The position numbers were made by a program, and so were the translations under genes. Positions 42,901-58,255 of a DNA stretch of 64,000 nt are shown one piece after another (positions within the stretch are counted from its first letter, which is position 1; every line of letters starts with the position of its first letter). The stretch comes from Auanema rhodensis. Its lineage: Eukaryota; Animalia; Nematoda. The notes beneath the pieces are model-generated. The model made no database searches. It saw only the letters and a list, made by a program, of their open reading frames with translations, and was not told where the DNA came from. The DNA lies in assembly GCA_964057225.1 (NCBI GenBank), contig OZ059896.1, positions 744,001 to 808,000 on the forward strand. The letters are read 5' to 3'.

Positions 42901-45900
42901 TAATATGGACATGGGAAATCTAATTTTGAAAACCGCATCTCTTTATCTTTTACGTGAAGCGAGTTACATACCAAGTGCACATCACGTGTACATTTAATTA
43001 GTATAAATTAAAGTTCACGTAAATTTCAAAGTCATGGTTACCATGAACCAGTATCAATAAAAATTTGTTTTTAGACTAATATGGACATGGGGAATCTAAT
43101 TTTGGAAACCGCATCTCTTTATCTTTCACGTGAAGCGAGTTACATACCAAGTGCACATCACGTGTACATTTAATTAGCATAAATTAAAGTTCACGTAAAT
43201 TTCAAAGTCATGGTTACCATGAACCAATATCAATAAAAATTTGTTTTTAGACTAATATGGACATGGGAAATCTAATTTTGAAAACCGCATCTCTTTATCT
43301 TTCACGTGAAGCGAGTTACATACCAAGTGCACATCACGTGTACATTTAATTAGTATAAATTAAAGTTCACGTAAATTTCAAAGTCATGGTTACCATGAAC
43401 CAGTATCAATAAAAATTTGTTTTTAGACTAATATGGACATGGGAAATCTAATTTTGAAAACCGCATCTCTTTATCTTTCACGTGAAGCGAGTTACATACC
43501 AAGTGCACATCACGTGTACATTTAATTAGCATAAATTAAAGTTCACGTAAATTTCAAAGTCATGGTTACCATGCACCAATATCAATAAAAATTTGTTTTT
43601 AGACTAATATGGACATGGGGAATCTAATTTTGAAAACCGCATCTCTTTATCTTTCACGTGAAGCGAGTTACATACCAAGTGCACATCACGTGTACATTTA
43701 ATTAGCATAAATTAAAGTTCACGTAAATTTCAAAGTCATGGTTACCATGAACCAATATCAATAAAAATTTGTTTTTAGACTAATATGGACATGGGGAATC
43801 TAATTTTGAAAACCGCATCTCTTTATCTTTCACGTGAAGCGAGTTACATACCAAGTGCACATCACGTGTACATTTAATTAGCATAAATTAAAGTTCACGT
43901 AAATTTCAAAGTCATGGTTACCATGAACCAATATCAATAAAAATTTGTTTTTAGACTAAAATGGACATGGGGAATCTAATTTTGAAAATCGCATCTCTTT
44001 ATCTTTCACGTGAAGCGAGTTACATACCAAGTGCACATCACGTGTACATTTAATTAGCATAAATTAAAGTTCACGTAAATTTCAAAGTCATGGTTACCAT
44101 GAACCAATATCAATAAAAATTTGTTTTTAGACTAATATGGACATGGGGAATCTAATTTCGAAAACCGCATCTCTTTATCTTTCACGTGAAGCGAGTTACA
44201 TACCAAGTGCACATCACGTGTACATTTAATTAGCATAAATTAAAGTTCACGTAAATTTCAAAGTCATGGTTACCATGAACCAATATCAATAAAAATTTGT
44301 TTTTAGACTAATATGGACATGGGGAATCTAATTTTGAAAACCGCATCTCTTTTTCTTTCACGTGAAGCGAGTTAGATACCAAGTGCACATCACGTGTACA
44401 TTTAATTAGCATAAATTAAAGTTCACGTAAATTTCAAAGTCATGGTTACCATGAACCAATATCAATAAAAATTTGTAATTAGACTAATATGGACATGGGG
44501 AATCTAATTTTGGAAACCGCATCTCTTTATCTTTCACGTGAAGCGAGTTACATACCAAGTGCACATCACGTGTACATTTAATTAGCATAAATTAAAGTTC
44601 ACGTAAATTTCAAAGTCATGGTTACCATGAACCAATATCAATAAAAATTTGTTTTTAGACTAATATGGACATGGGAAATCTAATTTTGAAAACAGCATCT
44701 CTTTATCTTTCACGTGAAGCGAGTTACATACCAAGTGCACATCACGTGTACATTTAATTAGTATAAATTAAAGTTCACGTAAATTTCAAAGTCATGGTTA
44801 CCATGAACCAGTATCAATAAAAATTTGTTTTTAGACTAATATGGACATGGGAAATCTAATTTTGAAAACCGCATCTCTTTATCTTTTACGTGAAGCTAGT
44901 TACATACCAAGTGCACATCACGTGTACATTTAATTAGCATAAATTAAAGTTCACGTAAATTTCAAAGTCATGGTTACCATGCACCAATATCAATAAAAAT
45001 TTGTTTTTAGACTAATATGGACATGGGGAATCTAATTTTGAAAACCGCATCTCTTTATCTTTCACGTGAAGCGAGTTACATACCAAGTGCACATCACGTG
45101 TACATTTAATTAGCATAAATTAAAGTTCACGTAAATTTCAAAGTCATGGTTACCATGAACCAATATCAATAAAAATTTGTTTTTAGACTAAAATGGACAT
45201 GGGGAATCTAATTTTGAAAATCGCATCTCTTTATCTTTCACGTGAAGCGAGTTACATACCAAGTGCACATCACGTGTACATTTAATTAGCATAAATTAAA
45301 GTTCACGTAAATTTCAAAGTCATGGTTACCATGAACCAATATCAATAAAAATTTGTTTTTAGACTAATATGGACATGGGAAATCTAATTTTGAAAACCGC
45401 ATCTCTTTATCTTTTACGTGAAGCGAGTTACATACCAAGTGCACATCACGTGTACATTTAATTAGTATAAATTAAAGTTCACGTAAATTTCAAAGTCATG
45501 GTTACCATGAACCAGTATCAATAAAAATTTGTTTTTAGACTAATATGGACATGGGAAATCTAATTTTGAAAACCGCATCTCTTTATCTTTTACGTGAAGC
45601 TAGTTACATACCAAGTGCACATCACGTGTACATTTAATTAGCATAAATTAAAGTTCACGTAAATTTCAAAGTCATGGTTACCATGAACCAGTATCAATAA
45701 AAATTTGTTTTTAGACTAATATGGACATGGGGAATCTAATTTTGAAAACCGCATCTCTTTATCTTTCACGTGAAGCGAGTTACATACCAAGTGCACATGA
45801 CGTGTACATTTAATTAGCATAAATTAAAGTTCACGTAAATTTCAAAGTCATGGTTACCATGAACCAATATCAATAAAAATTTGTAATTAGACTAATATGG

Positions 45901-47872
45901 ACATGGGGAATCTAATTTTGGAAACCGCATCTCTTTATCTTTCACGTGAAGCGAGTTACATACCAAGTGCACATCACGTGTACATTTAATTAGCATAAAT
46001 TAAAGTTCACGTAAATTTCAAAGTCATGGTTACCATGAACCAATATCAATAAAAATTTGTTTTTAGACTAATATGGACATGGGAAATCTAATTTTGAAAA
46101 CAGCATCTCTTTATCTTTCACGTGAAGCGAGTTACATACCAAGTGCACATCACGTGTACATTTAATTAGTATAAATTAAAGTTCACGTAAATTTCAAAGT
46201 CATGGTTACCATGAACCAGTATCAATAAAAATTTGTTTTTAGACTAATATGGACATGGGAAATCTAATTTTGAAAACCGCATCTCTTTATCTTTTACGTG
46301 AAGCTAGTTACATACCAAGTGCACATCACGTGTACATTTAATTAGCATAAATTAAAGTTCACGTAAATTTCAAAGTCATGGTTACCATGCACCAATATCA
46401 ATAAAAATTTGTTTTTAGACTAATATGGACATGGGGAATCTAATTTTGAAAACCGCATCTCTTTATCTTTCACGTGAAGCGAGTTACATACCAAGTGCAC
46501 ATCACGTGTACATTTAATTAGCATAAATTAAAGTTCACGTAAATTTCAAAGTCATGGTTACCATGAACCAATATCAATAAAAATTTGTTTTTAGACTAAT
46601 ATGGACATGGGGAATCTAATTTTGAAAACCGCATCTCTTTATCTTTCACGTGAAGCGAGTTACATACCAAGTGCACATCACGTGTACATTTAATTAGCAT
46701 AAATTAAAGTTCACGTAAATTTCAAAGTCATGGTTACCATGAACCAATATCAATAAAAATTTGTTTTTAGACTAAAATGGACATGGGGAATCTAATTTTG
46801 AAAATCGCATCTCTTTATCTTTCACGTGAAGCGAGTTACATACCAAGTGCACATCACGTGTACATTTAATTAGCATAAATTAAAGTTCACGTAAATTTCA
46901 AAGTCATGGTTACCATGAACCAATATCAATAAAAATTTGTTTTTAGACTAATATGGACATGGGAAATCTAATTTTGAAAACCGCATCTCTTTATCTTTTA
47001 CGTGAAGCGAGTTACATACCAAGTGCACATCACGTGTACATTTAATTAGTATAAATTAAAGTTCACGTAAATTTCAAAGTCATGGTTACCATGAACCAGT
47101 ATCAATAAAAATTTGTTTTTAGACTAATATGGACATGGGAAATCTAATTTTGAAAACCGCATCTCTTTATCTTTTACGTGAAGCTAGTTACATACCAAGT
47201 GCACATCACGTGTACATTTAATTAGCATAAATTAAAGTTCACGTAAATTTCAAAGTCATGGTTACCATGAACCAGTATCAATAAAAATTTGTTTTTAGAC
47301 TAATATGGACATGGGGAATCTAATTTTGAAAACCGCATCTCTTTATCTTTCACGTGAAGCGAGTTACATACCAAGTGCACATGACGTGTACATTTAATTA
47401 GCATAAATTAAAGTTCACGTAAATTTCAAAGTCATGGTTACCATGAACCAATATCAATAACAATTTGTTTTTAGACTAATATGGACATGGGGAATCTAAT
47501 TTTGAAAACCGCATCTCTTTATCTTTCACGTGAAGCGAGTTACATACCAAGTGCACATCACGTGTACATTTAATTAGCATAAATTAAAGTTCACGTAAAT
47601 TTCAAAGTCATGGTGACCATGAACCAATATCAATAAAAATTTGTTTTTAGACTAATATGGACATGGGGAATCTAATTTTGAAAACCGCATCTCTTTATCT
47701 TTCACGTGAAGCGAGTTACATACCAAGTGCACATCACGTGTACATTTAATTAGCATAAATTAAAGTTCACGTAAATTTCAAAGTCATGGTTACCATGAAC
47801 CAATATCAATAAAAATTTGTAATTAGACTAATATGGACATGGGGAATCTAATTTTGAAAACCGCATCTCTTT

Positions 47873-49983
47873 ATCTTTCACGTGAAGCGAGTTACATACC
47901 AAGTGCACATCACGTGTACATTTAATTAGCATAAATTAAAGTTCACGTAAATTTCAAAGTCATGGTTACCATGAACCAATATCAATAAAAATTTGTTTTT
48001 AGACTAATATGGACATGGGAAATCTAATTTTGAAAACCGCATCTCTTTATCTTTCACGTGAAGCGAGTTACATACCAAGTGCACATCACGTGTACATTTA
48101 ATTAGTATAAATTAAAGTTCACGTAAATTTCAAAGTCATGGTTACCATGAACCAGTATCAATAAAAATTTGTTTTTAGACTAATATGGACATGGGAAATC
48201 TAATTTTGAAAACCGCATCTCTTTATCTTTCACGTGAAGCGAGTTACATACCAAGTGCACATCACGTGTACATTTAATTAGCATAAATTAAAGTTCACAT
48301 AAATTTCAAAGTCATGGTTACCATGCACCAATATCAATAAAAATTTGTTTTTAGACTAATATGGACATGGGGAATCTAATTTTGAAAACCGCATCTCTTT
48401 ATCTTTCACGTGAAGCGAGTTACATACCAAGTGCACATCACGTGTACATTTAATTAGCATAAATTAAAGTTCACGTAAATTTCAAAGTCATGGTTACCAT
48501 GAACCAATATCAATAAAAATTTGTTTTTAGACTAATATGGACATGGGGAATCTAATTTTGAAAACCGCATCTCTTTATCTTTCACGTGAAGCGAGTTACA
48601 TACCAAGTGCACATCACGTGTACATTTAATTAGCATAAATTAAAGTTCACGTAAATTTCAAAGTCATGGTTACCATGAACCAATATCAATAAAAATTTGT
48701 TTTTAGACTAAAATGGACATGGGGAATCTAATTTTGAAAATCGCATCTCTTTATCTTTCACGTGAAGCGAGTTACATAAAAGTGCACATCACGTGTACAT
48801 TTAATTAGCATAAATTAAAGTTCACGTAAATTTCAAAGTCATGGTTACCATGAACCAATATCAATAAAAATTTGTTTTTAGACTAATATGGACATGGGGA
48901 ATCTAATTTCGAAAACCGCATCTCTTTATCTTTCACGTGAAGCGAGTTACATACCAAGTGCACATCACGTGTACATTTAATTAGCATAAATTAAAGTTCA
49001 CGTAAATTTCAAAGTCATGGTTACCATGAACCAATATCAATAAAAATTTGTTTTTAGACTAATATGGACATGGGAAATCTAATTTTGAAAACCGCATCTC
49101 TTTATCTTTCACGTGAAGCGAGTTACATACCAAGTGCACATCACGTGTACATTTAATTAGTATAAATTAAAGTTCACGTAAATTTCAAAGTCATGGTTAC
49201 CATGAACCAGTATCAATAAAAATTTGTTTTTAGACTAATATGGACATGGGAAATCTAATTTTGAAAACCGCATCTCTTTATCTTTCACGTGAAGCGAGTT
49301 ACATACCAAGTGCACATCACGTGTACATTTAATTAGCATAAATTAAAGTTCACGTAAATTTCAAAGTCATGGTTACCATGCACCAATATCAATAAAAATT
49401 TGTTTTTAGACTAATATGGACATGGGGAATCTAATTTTGAAAACCGCATCTCTTTATCTTTCACGTGAAGCGAGTTACATACCAAGTGCACATCACGTGT
49501 ACATTTAATTAGCATAAATTAAAGTTCACGTAAATTTCAAAGTCATGGTTACCATGAACCAATATCAATAAAAATTTGTTTTTAGACTAATATGGACATG
49601 GGGAATCTAATTTTGAAAACCGCATCTCTTTATCTTTCACGTGAAGCGAGTTACATACCAAGTGCACATCACGTGTACATTTAATTAGCATAAATTAAAG
49701 TTCACGTAAATTTCAAAGTCATGGTTACCATGAACCAATATCAATAAAAATTTGTTTTTAGACTAAAATGGACATGGGGAATCTAATTTTGAAAATCGCA
49801 TCTCTTTATCTTTCACGTGAAGCGAGTTACATACCAAGTGCACATCACGTGTACATTTAATTAGCATAAATTAAAGTTCACGTAAATTTCAAAGTCATGG
49901 TTACCATGAACCAATATCAATAAAAATTTGTTTTTAGACTAATATGGACATGGGGAATCTAATTTCGAAAACCGCATCTCTTT
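47873..49983 (+). repeat. 6-monomer tandem duplication: 47873-48927 / 48928-49983
   Basis: [G148A][C58T,A107G,G148A][A102C][consensus][T136A,C165T][T159C] occurs twice; copy 1 additionally has G75A and the CC>A indel. Confidence 0.8.
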
Positions 49984-52900
49984 ATCTTTCACGTGAAGCG
50001 AGTTACATACCAAGTGCACATCACGTGTACATTTAATTAGCATAAATTAAAGTTCACGTAAATTTCAAAGTCATGGTTACCATGAACCAATATCAATAAA
50101 AATTTGTTTTTAGACTAATATGGACATGGGAAATCTAATTTTGAAAACCGCATCTCTTTATCTTTTACGTGAAGCGAGTTACATACCAAGTGCACATCAC
50201 GTGTACATTTAATTAGTATAAATTAAAGTTCACGTAAATTTCAAAGTCATGGTTACCATGAACCAGTATCAATAAAAATTTGTTTTTAGACTAATATGGA
50301 CATGGGAAATCTAATTTTGAAAACCGCATCTCTTTATCTTTTACGTGAAGCTAGTTACATACCAAGTGCACATCACGTGTACATTTAATTAGCATAAATT
50401 AAAGTTCACGTAAATTTCAAAGTCATGGTTACCATGAACCAGTATCAATAAAAATTTGTTTTTAGACTAATATGGACATGGGAAATCTAATTTTGAAAAC
50501 CGCATCTCTTTATCTTTCACGTGAAGCTAGTTACATACCAAGTGCACATCACGTGTACATTTAATTAGCATAAATTAAAGTTCACGTAAATTTCAAAGTC
50601 ATGGTTACCATGAACCAATATCAATAAAAATTTGTTTTTAGACTAATATGGACATGGGAAATCTAATTTTGAAAACCGCATCTCTTTATCTTTTACGTGA
50701 AGCGAGTTACATACCAAGTGCACATCACGTGTACATTTAATTAGTATAAATTAAAGTTCACGTAAATTTCAAAGTCATGGTTACCATGAACCAGTATCAA
50801 TAAAAATTTGTTTTTAGACTAATATGGACATGGGGAATCCAATTTTGAAAACCGCATCTCTTTATCTTTCACGTGAAGCGAGTTACATACCAAGTGCACA
50901 TGACGTGTACATTTAATTAGCATAAATTAAAGTTCACGTAAATTTCAAAGTCATGGTTACCATGAACCAATATCAATAACAATTTGTTTTTAGACTAATA
51001 TGGACATGGGGAATCTAATTTTGAAAACCGCATCTCTTTATCTTTCACGTGAAGCGAGTTACATACCAAGTGCACATCACGTGTACATTTAATTAGCATA
51101 AATTAAAGTTCACGTAAATTTCAAAGTCATGGTGACCATGAACCAATATCAATAAAAATTTGTTTTTAGACTAATATGGACATGGGGAATCTAATTTTGA
51201 AAACCGCATCTCTTTATCTTTCACGTGAAGCGAGTTACATACCAAGTGCACATCACGTGTACATTTAATTAGCATAAATTAAAGTTCACGTAAATTTCAA
51301 AGTCATGGTTACCATGAACCAATATCAATAAAAATTTGTTTTTAGACTAATATGGACATGGGGAATCTAATTTTGAAAACCGCATCTCTTTATCTTTCAA
51401 GTGAAGCGAGTTACATACCAAGTGCACATCACGTGTACATTTAATTAGCATAAATTAAAGTTCACGTAAATTTCAAAGTCATGGTTACCATGAACCAGTA
51501 TCAATAAAAATTTGTTTTTAGACTAATATGGACATGGGAAATCTAATTTTGAAAACCGCATCTCTTTATCTTTCACGTGAAGCGAGTTACATACCAAGTG
51601 CACATCACGTGTACATTTAATTAGCATAAATTAAAGTTCACGTAAATTTCAAAGTCATGGTTACCATGCACCAATATCAATAAAAATTTGTTTTTAGACT
51701 AATATGGACATGGGGAATCTAATTTTGAAAATCGCATCTCTTTATCTTTCACGTGAAGCGAGTTACATACCAAGTGCACATCACGTGTACATTTAATTAG
51801 CATAAATTAAAGTTCACGTAAATTTCAAAGTCATGGTTACCATGAACCAATATCAATAAAAATTTGTTTTTAGACTAATATGGACATGGGGAATCTAATT
51901 TCGAAAACAGCATCTCTTTATCTTTCACGTGAAGCGAGTTACATACCAAGTGCACATCACGTGTACATTTAATTAGCATAAATTAAAGTTCACGTAAATT
52001 TCAAAGTCATGGTTACCATGAACCAATATCAATAAAAATTTGTTTTTAGACTAATATGGACATGGGAAATCTAATTTTGAAAACCGCATCTCTTTATCTT
52101 TCACGTGAAGCGAGTTACATACCAAGTGCACATCACGTGTACATTTAATTAGTATAAATTAAAGTTCACGTAAATTTCAAAGTCATGGTTACCATGAACC
52201 AGTATCAATAAAAATTTGTTTTTAGACTAATATGGACATGGGAAATCTAATTTTGAAAACCGCATCTCTTTATCTTTCACGTGAAGCGAGTTACATACCA
52301 AGTGCACATCACGTGTACATTTAATTAGCATAAATTAAAGTTCACGTAAATTTCAAAGTCATGGTTACCATGCACCAATATCAATAAAAATTTGTTTTTA
52401 GACTAATATGGACATGGGGAATCTAATTTTGAAAACCGCATCTCTTTATCTTTCACGTGAAGCGAGTTACATACCAAGTGCACATCACGTGTACATTTAA
52501 TTAGCATAAATTAAAGTTCACGTAAATTTCAAAGTCATGGTTACCATGAACCAATATCAATAAAAATTTGTTTTTAGACTAATATGGACATGGGGAATCT
52601 AATTTTGAAAACCGCATCTCTTTATCTTTCACGTGAAGCGAGTTACATACCAAGTGCACATCACGTGTACATTTAATTAGCATAAATTAAAGTTCACGTA
52701 AATTTCAAAGTCATGGTTACCATGAACCAATATCAATAAAAATTTGTTTTTAGACTAAAATGGACATGGGGAATCTAATTTTGAAAATCGCATCTCTTTA
52801 TCTTTCACGTGAAGCGAGTTACATACCAAGTGCACATCACGTGTACATTTAATTAGCATAAATTAAAGTTCACGTAAATTTCAAAGTCATGGTTACCATG

Positions 52901-54559
52901 AACCAATATCAATAAAAATTTGTTTTTAGACTGATATGGACATGGGGAATCTAATTTCGAAAACCGCATCTCTTTATCTTTCACGTGAAGCGAGTTACAT
53001 ACCAAGTGCACATCACGTGTACATTTAATTAGCATAAATTAAAGTTCACGTAAATTTCAAAGTCATGGTTACCATGAACCAATATCAATAAAAATTTGTT
53101 TTTAGACTAATATGGACATGCGAAATCTAATTTTGAAAACCGCATCTCTTTATCTTTTACGTGAAGCGAGTTACATACCAAGTGCACATCACGTGTACAT
53201 TTAATTAGTATAAATTAAAGTTCACGTAAATTTCAAAGTCATGGTTACCATGAACCAGTATCAATAAAAATTTGTTTTTAGACTAATATGGACATGGGAA
53301 ATCTAATTTTGAAAACCGCATCTCTTTATCTTTTACGTGAAGCTAGTTACATACCAAGTGCACATCACGTGTACATTTAATTAGCATAAATTAAAGTTCA
53401 CGTAAATTTCAAAGTCATGGTTACCATGAACCAGTATCAATAAAAATTTGTTTTTAGACTAATATGGACATGGGAAATCTAATTTTGAAAACCGCATCTC
53501 TTTATCTTTTACGTGAAGCTAGTTACATACCAAGTGCACATCACGTGTACATTTAATTAGCATAAATTAAAGTTCACGTAAATTTCAAAGTCATGGTTAC
53601 CATGAACCAATATCAATAAAAATTTGTTTTTAGACTAATATGGACATGGGAAATCTAATTTTGAAAACCGCATCTCTTTATCTTTTACGTGAAGCGAGTT
53701 ACATACCAAGTGCACATCACGTGTACATTTAATTAGTATAAATTAAAGTTCACGTAAATTTCAAAGTCATGGTTACCATGAACCAGTATCAATAAAAATT
53801 TGTTTTTAGACTAATATGGACATGGGGAATCCAATTTTGAAAACCGCATCTCTTTATCTTTCACGTGAAGCGAGTTACATACCAAGTGCACATGACGTGT
53901 ACATTTAATTAGCATAAATTAAAGTTCACGTAAATTTCAAAGTCATGGTTACCATGAACCAATATCAATAACAATTTGTTTTTAGACTAATATGGACATG
54001 GGGAATCTAATTTTGAAAACCGCATCTCTTCATCTTTCACGTGAAGCGAGTTACATACCAAGTGCACATCACGTGTACATTTAATTAGCATAAATTAAAG
54101 TTCACGTAAATTTCAAAGTCATGGTGACCATGAACCAATATCAATAAAAATTTGTTTTTAGACTAATATGGACATGGGGAATCTAATTTTGAAAACCGCA
54201 TCTCTTTATCTTTCACGTGAAGCGAGTTACATACCAAGTGCACATCACGTGTACATTTAATTAGCATAAATTAAAGTTCACGTAAATTTCAAAGTCATGG
54301 TTACCATGAACCAATATCAATAAAAATTTGTTTTTAGACTAATATGGACATGGGGAATCTAATTTTGAAAACCGCATTTCTTTATCTTTCAAGTGAAGCG
54401 AGTTACATACCAAGTGCACATCACGTGTACATTTAATTAGCATAAATTAAAGTTCACGTAAATTTCAAAGTCATGGTTACCATGAACCAATATCAATAAA
54501 AATTTGTTTTTAGACTAAAATGGACATGGGGAATCTAATTTTGAAAATCGCATCTCTTT
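48928..54559 (+). repeat. 17-monomer-offset (2992-bp) duplication: ~48928-51567 vs ~51920-54559
   Basis: Rare T153C lies at 50840 and 53832, and rare C9A at 51400 and 54392 (both offsets 2992); the monomer variant order in between is the same. Confidence 0.85.
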
Positions 54560-57500
54560 ATCTTTCACGTGAAGCGAGTTACATACCAAGTGCACATCAC
54601 GTGTACATTTAATTAGCATAAATTAAAGTTCACGTAAATTTCAAAGTCATGGTTACCATGAACCAATATCAATAAAAATTTGTTTTTAGACTAATATGGA
54701 CATGGGGAATCTAATTTCGAAAACCGCATCTCTTTATCTTTCACGTGAAGCGAGTTACATACCAAGTGCACATCACGTGTACATTTAATTAGCATAAATT
54801 AAAGTTCACGTAAATTTCAAAGTCATGGTTACCATGAACCAATATCAATAAAAATTTGTTTTTAGACTAATATGGACATGGGAAATCTAATTTTGAAAAC
54901 CGCATCTCTTTATCTTTTACGTGAAGCGAGTTACATACCAAGTGCACATCACGTGTACATTTAATTAGTATAAATTAAAGTTCACGTAAATTTCAAAGTC
55001 ATGGTTACCATGAACCAGTATCAATAAAAATTTGTTTTTAGACTAATATGGACATGGGAAATCTAATTTTGAAAACCGCATCTCTTTATCTTTTACGTGA
55101 AGCTAGTTACATACCAAGTGCACATCACGTGTACATTTAATTAGCATAAATTAAAGTTCACGTAAATTTCAAAGTCATGGTTACCATGAACCAGTATCAA
55201 TAAAAATTTGTTTTTAGACTAATATGGACATGGGAAATCTAATTTTGAAAACCGCATCTCTTTATCTTTTACGTGAAGCTAGTTACATACCAAGTGCACA
55301 TCACGTGTACATTTAATTAGCATAAATTAAAGTTCACGTAAATTTCAAAGTCATGGTTACCATGCACCAATATCAATAAAAATTTGTTTTTAGACTAATA
55401 TGGACATGGGGAATCTAATTTTGAAAACCGCATCTCTTTATCTTTCACGTGAAGCGAGTTACATACCAAGTGCACATGACGTGTACATTTAATTAGCATA
55501 AATTAAAGTTCACGTAAATTTCAAAGTCATGGTTACCATGAACCAATATCAATAACAATTTGTTTTTAGACTAATATGGACATGGGGAATCTAATTTTGA
55601 AAACCGCATCTCTTTATCTTTCACGTGAAGCGAGTTACATACCAAGTGCACATCACGTGTACATTTAATTAGCATAAATTAAAGTTCACGTAAATTTCAA
55701 AGTCATGGTTACCATGAACCAATATCAATAAAAATTTGTAATTAGACTAATATGGACATGGGGAATCTAATTTTGGAAACCGCATCTCTTTATCTTTCAC
55801 GTGAAGCGAGTTACATACCAAGTGCACATCACGTGTACATTTAATTAGCATAAATTAAAGTTCACGTAAATTTCAAAGTCATGGTTACCATGAACCAATA
55901 TCAATAAAAATTTGTTTTTAGACTAATATGGACATGGGAAATCTAATTTTGAAAACCGCATCTCTTTATCTTTCACGTGAAGCGAGTTACATACCAAGTG
56001 CACATCACGTGTACATTTAATTAGTATAAATTAAAGTTCACGTAAATTTCAAAGTCATGGTTACCATGAACCAGTATCAATAAAAATTTGTTTTTAGACT
56101 AATATGGACATGGGAAATCTAAATTTGAAAACCGCATCTCTTTATCTTTTACGTGAAGCTAGTTACATACCAAGTGCACATCACGTGTACATTTAATTAG
56201 CATAAATTAAAGTTCACGTAAATTTCAAAGTCATGGTTACCATGCACCAATATCAATAAAAATTTGTTTTTAGACTAATATGGACATGGGGAATCTAATT
56301 TTGAAAACCGCATCTCTTTATCTTTCACGTGAAGCGAGTTACATACCAAGTGCACATGACGTGTACATTTAATTAGCATAAATTAAAGTTCACGTAAATT
56401 TCAAAGTCATGGTTACCATGAACCAATATCAATAACAATTTGTTTTTAGACTAATATGGACATGGGGAATCTAATTTTGAAAACCGCATCTCTTTATCTT
56501 TCACGTGAAGCGAGTTACATACCAAGTGCACATCACGTGTACATTTAATTAGCATAAATTAAAGTTCACGTAAATTTCAAAGTCATGGTGACCATGAACC
56601 AATATCAATAAAAATTTGTTTTTAGACTAATATGGACATGGGGAATCTAATTTTGAAAACCGCATCTCTTTATCTTTCACGTGAAGCGAGTTACATACCA
56701 AGTGCACATCACGTGTACATTTAATTAGCATAAATTAAAGTTCACGTAAATTTCAAAGTCATGGTTACCATGAACCAATATCAATAAAAATTTGTAATTA
56801 GACTAATATGGACATGGGGAATCTAATTTTGGAAACCGCATCTCTTTATCTTTCACGTGAAGCGAGTTACATACCAAGTGCACATCACGTGTACATTTAA
56901 TTAGCATAAATTAAAGTTCACGTAAATTTCAAAGTCATGGTTACCATGAACCAATATCAATAAAAATTTGTTTTTAGACTAATATGGACATGGGAAATCT
57001 AATTTTGAAAACCGCATCTCTTTATCTTTCACGTGAAGCGAGTTACATACCAAGTGCACATCACGTGTACATTTAATTAGTATAAATTAAAGTTCACGTA
57101 AATTTCAAAGTCATGGTTACCATGAACCAGTATCAATAAAAATTTGTTTTTAGACTAATATGGACATGGGAAATCTAAATTTGAAAACCGCATCTCTTTA
57201 TCTTTTACGTGAAGCTAGTTACATACCAAGTGCACATCACGTGTACATTTAATTAGCATAAATTAAAGTTCACGTAAATTTCAAAGTCATGGTTACCATG
57301 CACCAATATCAATAAAAATTTGTTTTTAGACTAATATGGACATGGGGAATCTAATTTTGAAAACCGCATCTCTTTATCTTTCACGTGAAGCGAGTTACAT
57401 ACCAAGTGCACATCACGTGTACATTTAATTAGCATAAATTAAAGTTCACGTAAATTTCAAAGTCATGGTTACCATGAACCAATATCAATAAAAATTTGTT

Positions 57501-58255
57501 TTTAGACTAATATGGACATGGGGAATCTAATTTTGAAAACCGCATCTCTTTATCTTTCACGTGAAGCGAGTTACATACCAAGTGCACATCACGTGTACAT
57601 TTAATTAGCATAAATTAAAGTTCACGTAAATTTCAAAGTCATGGTTACCATGAACCAATATCAATAAAAATTTGTTTTTAGACTAAAATGGACATGGGGA
57701 ATCTAATTTTGAAAATCGCATCTCTTTATCTTTCACGTGAAGCGAGTTACATACCAAGTGCACATCACGTGTACATTTAATTAGCATAAATTAAAGTTCA
57801 CGTAAATTTCAAAGTCATGGTTACCATGAACCAATATCAATAAAAATTTGTTTTTAGACTAATATGGACATGGGGAATCTAATTTCGAAAACCGCATCTC
57901 TTTATCTTTCACGTGAAGCGAGTTACATACCAAGTGCACATCACGTGTACATTTAATTAGCATAAATTAAAGTTCACGTAAATTTCAAAGTCATGGTTAC
58001 CATGAACCAATATCAATAAAAATTTGTTTTTAGACTAATATGGACATGGGAAATCTAATTTTGAAAACCGCATCTCTTTATCTTTTACGTGAAGCGAGTT
58101 ACATACCAAGTGCACATCACGTGTACATTTAATTAGCATAAATTAAAGTTCACGTAAATTTCAAAGTCATGGTTACCATGCACCAATATCAATAACAATT
58201 TGTTTTTAGACTAATATGGACATAGGGAATCTAATTTTGAAAACCGCATCTCTTT

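Noticed and set aside
52853-53035. Second 60-aa minus-strand ORF
   Set aside because: The same stop is removed by a different private change, A134G (TAG>CAG). Two hits among about 364 copies is compatible with chance mutation.
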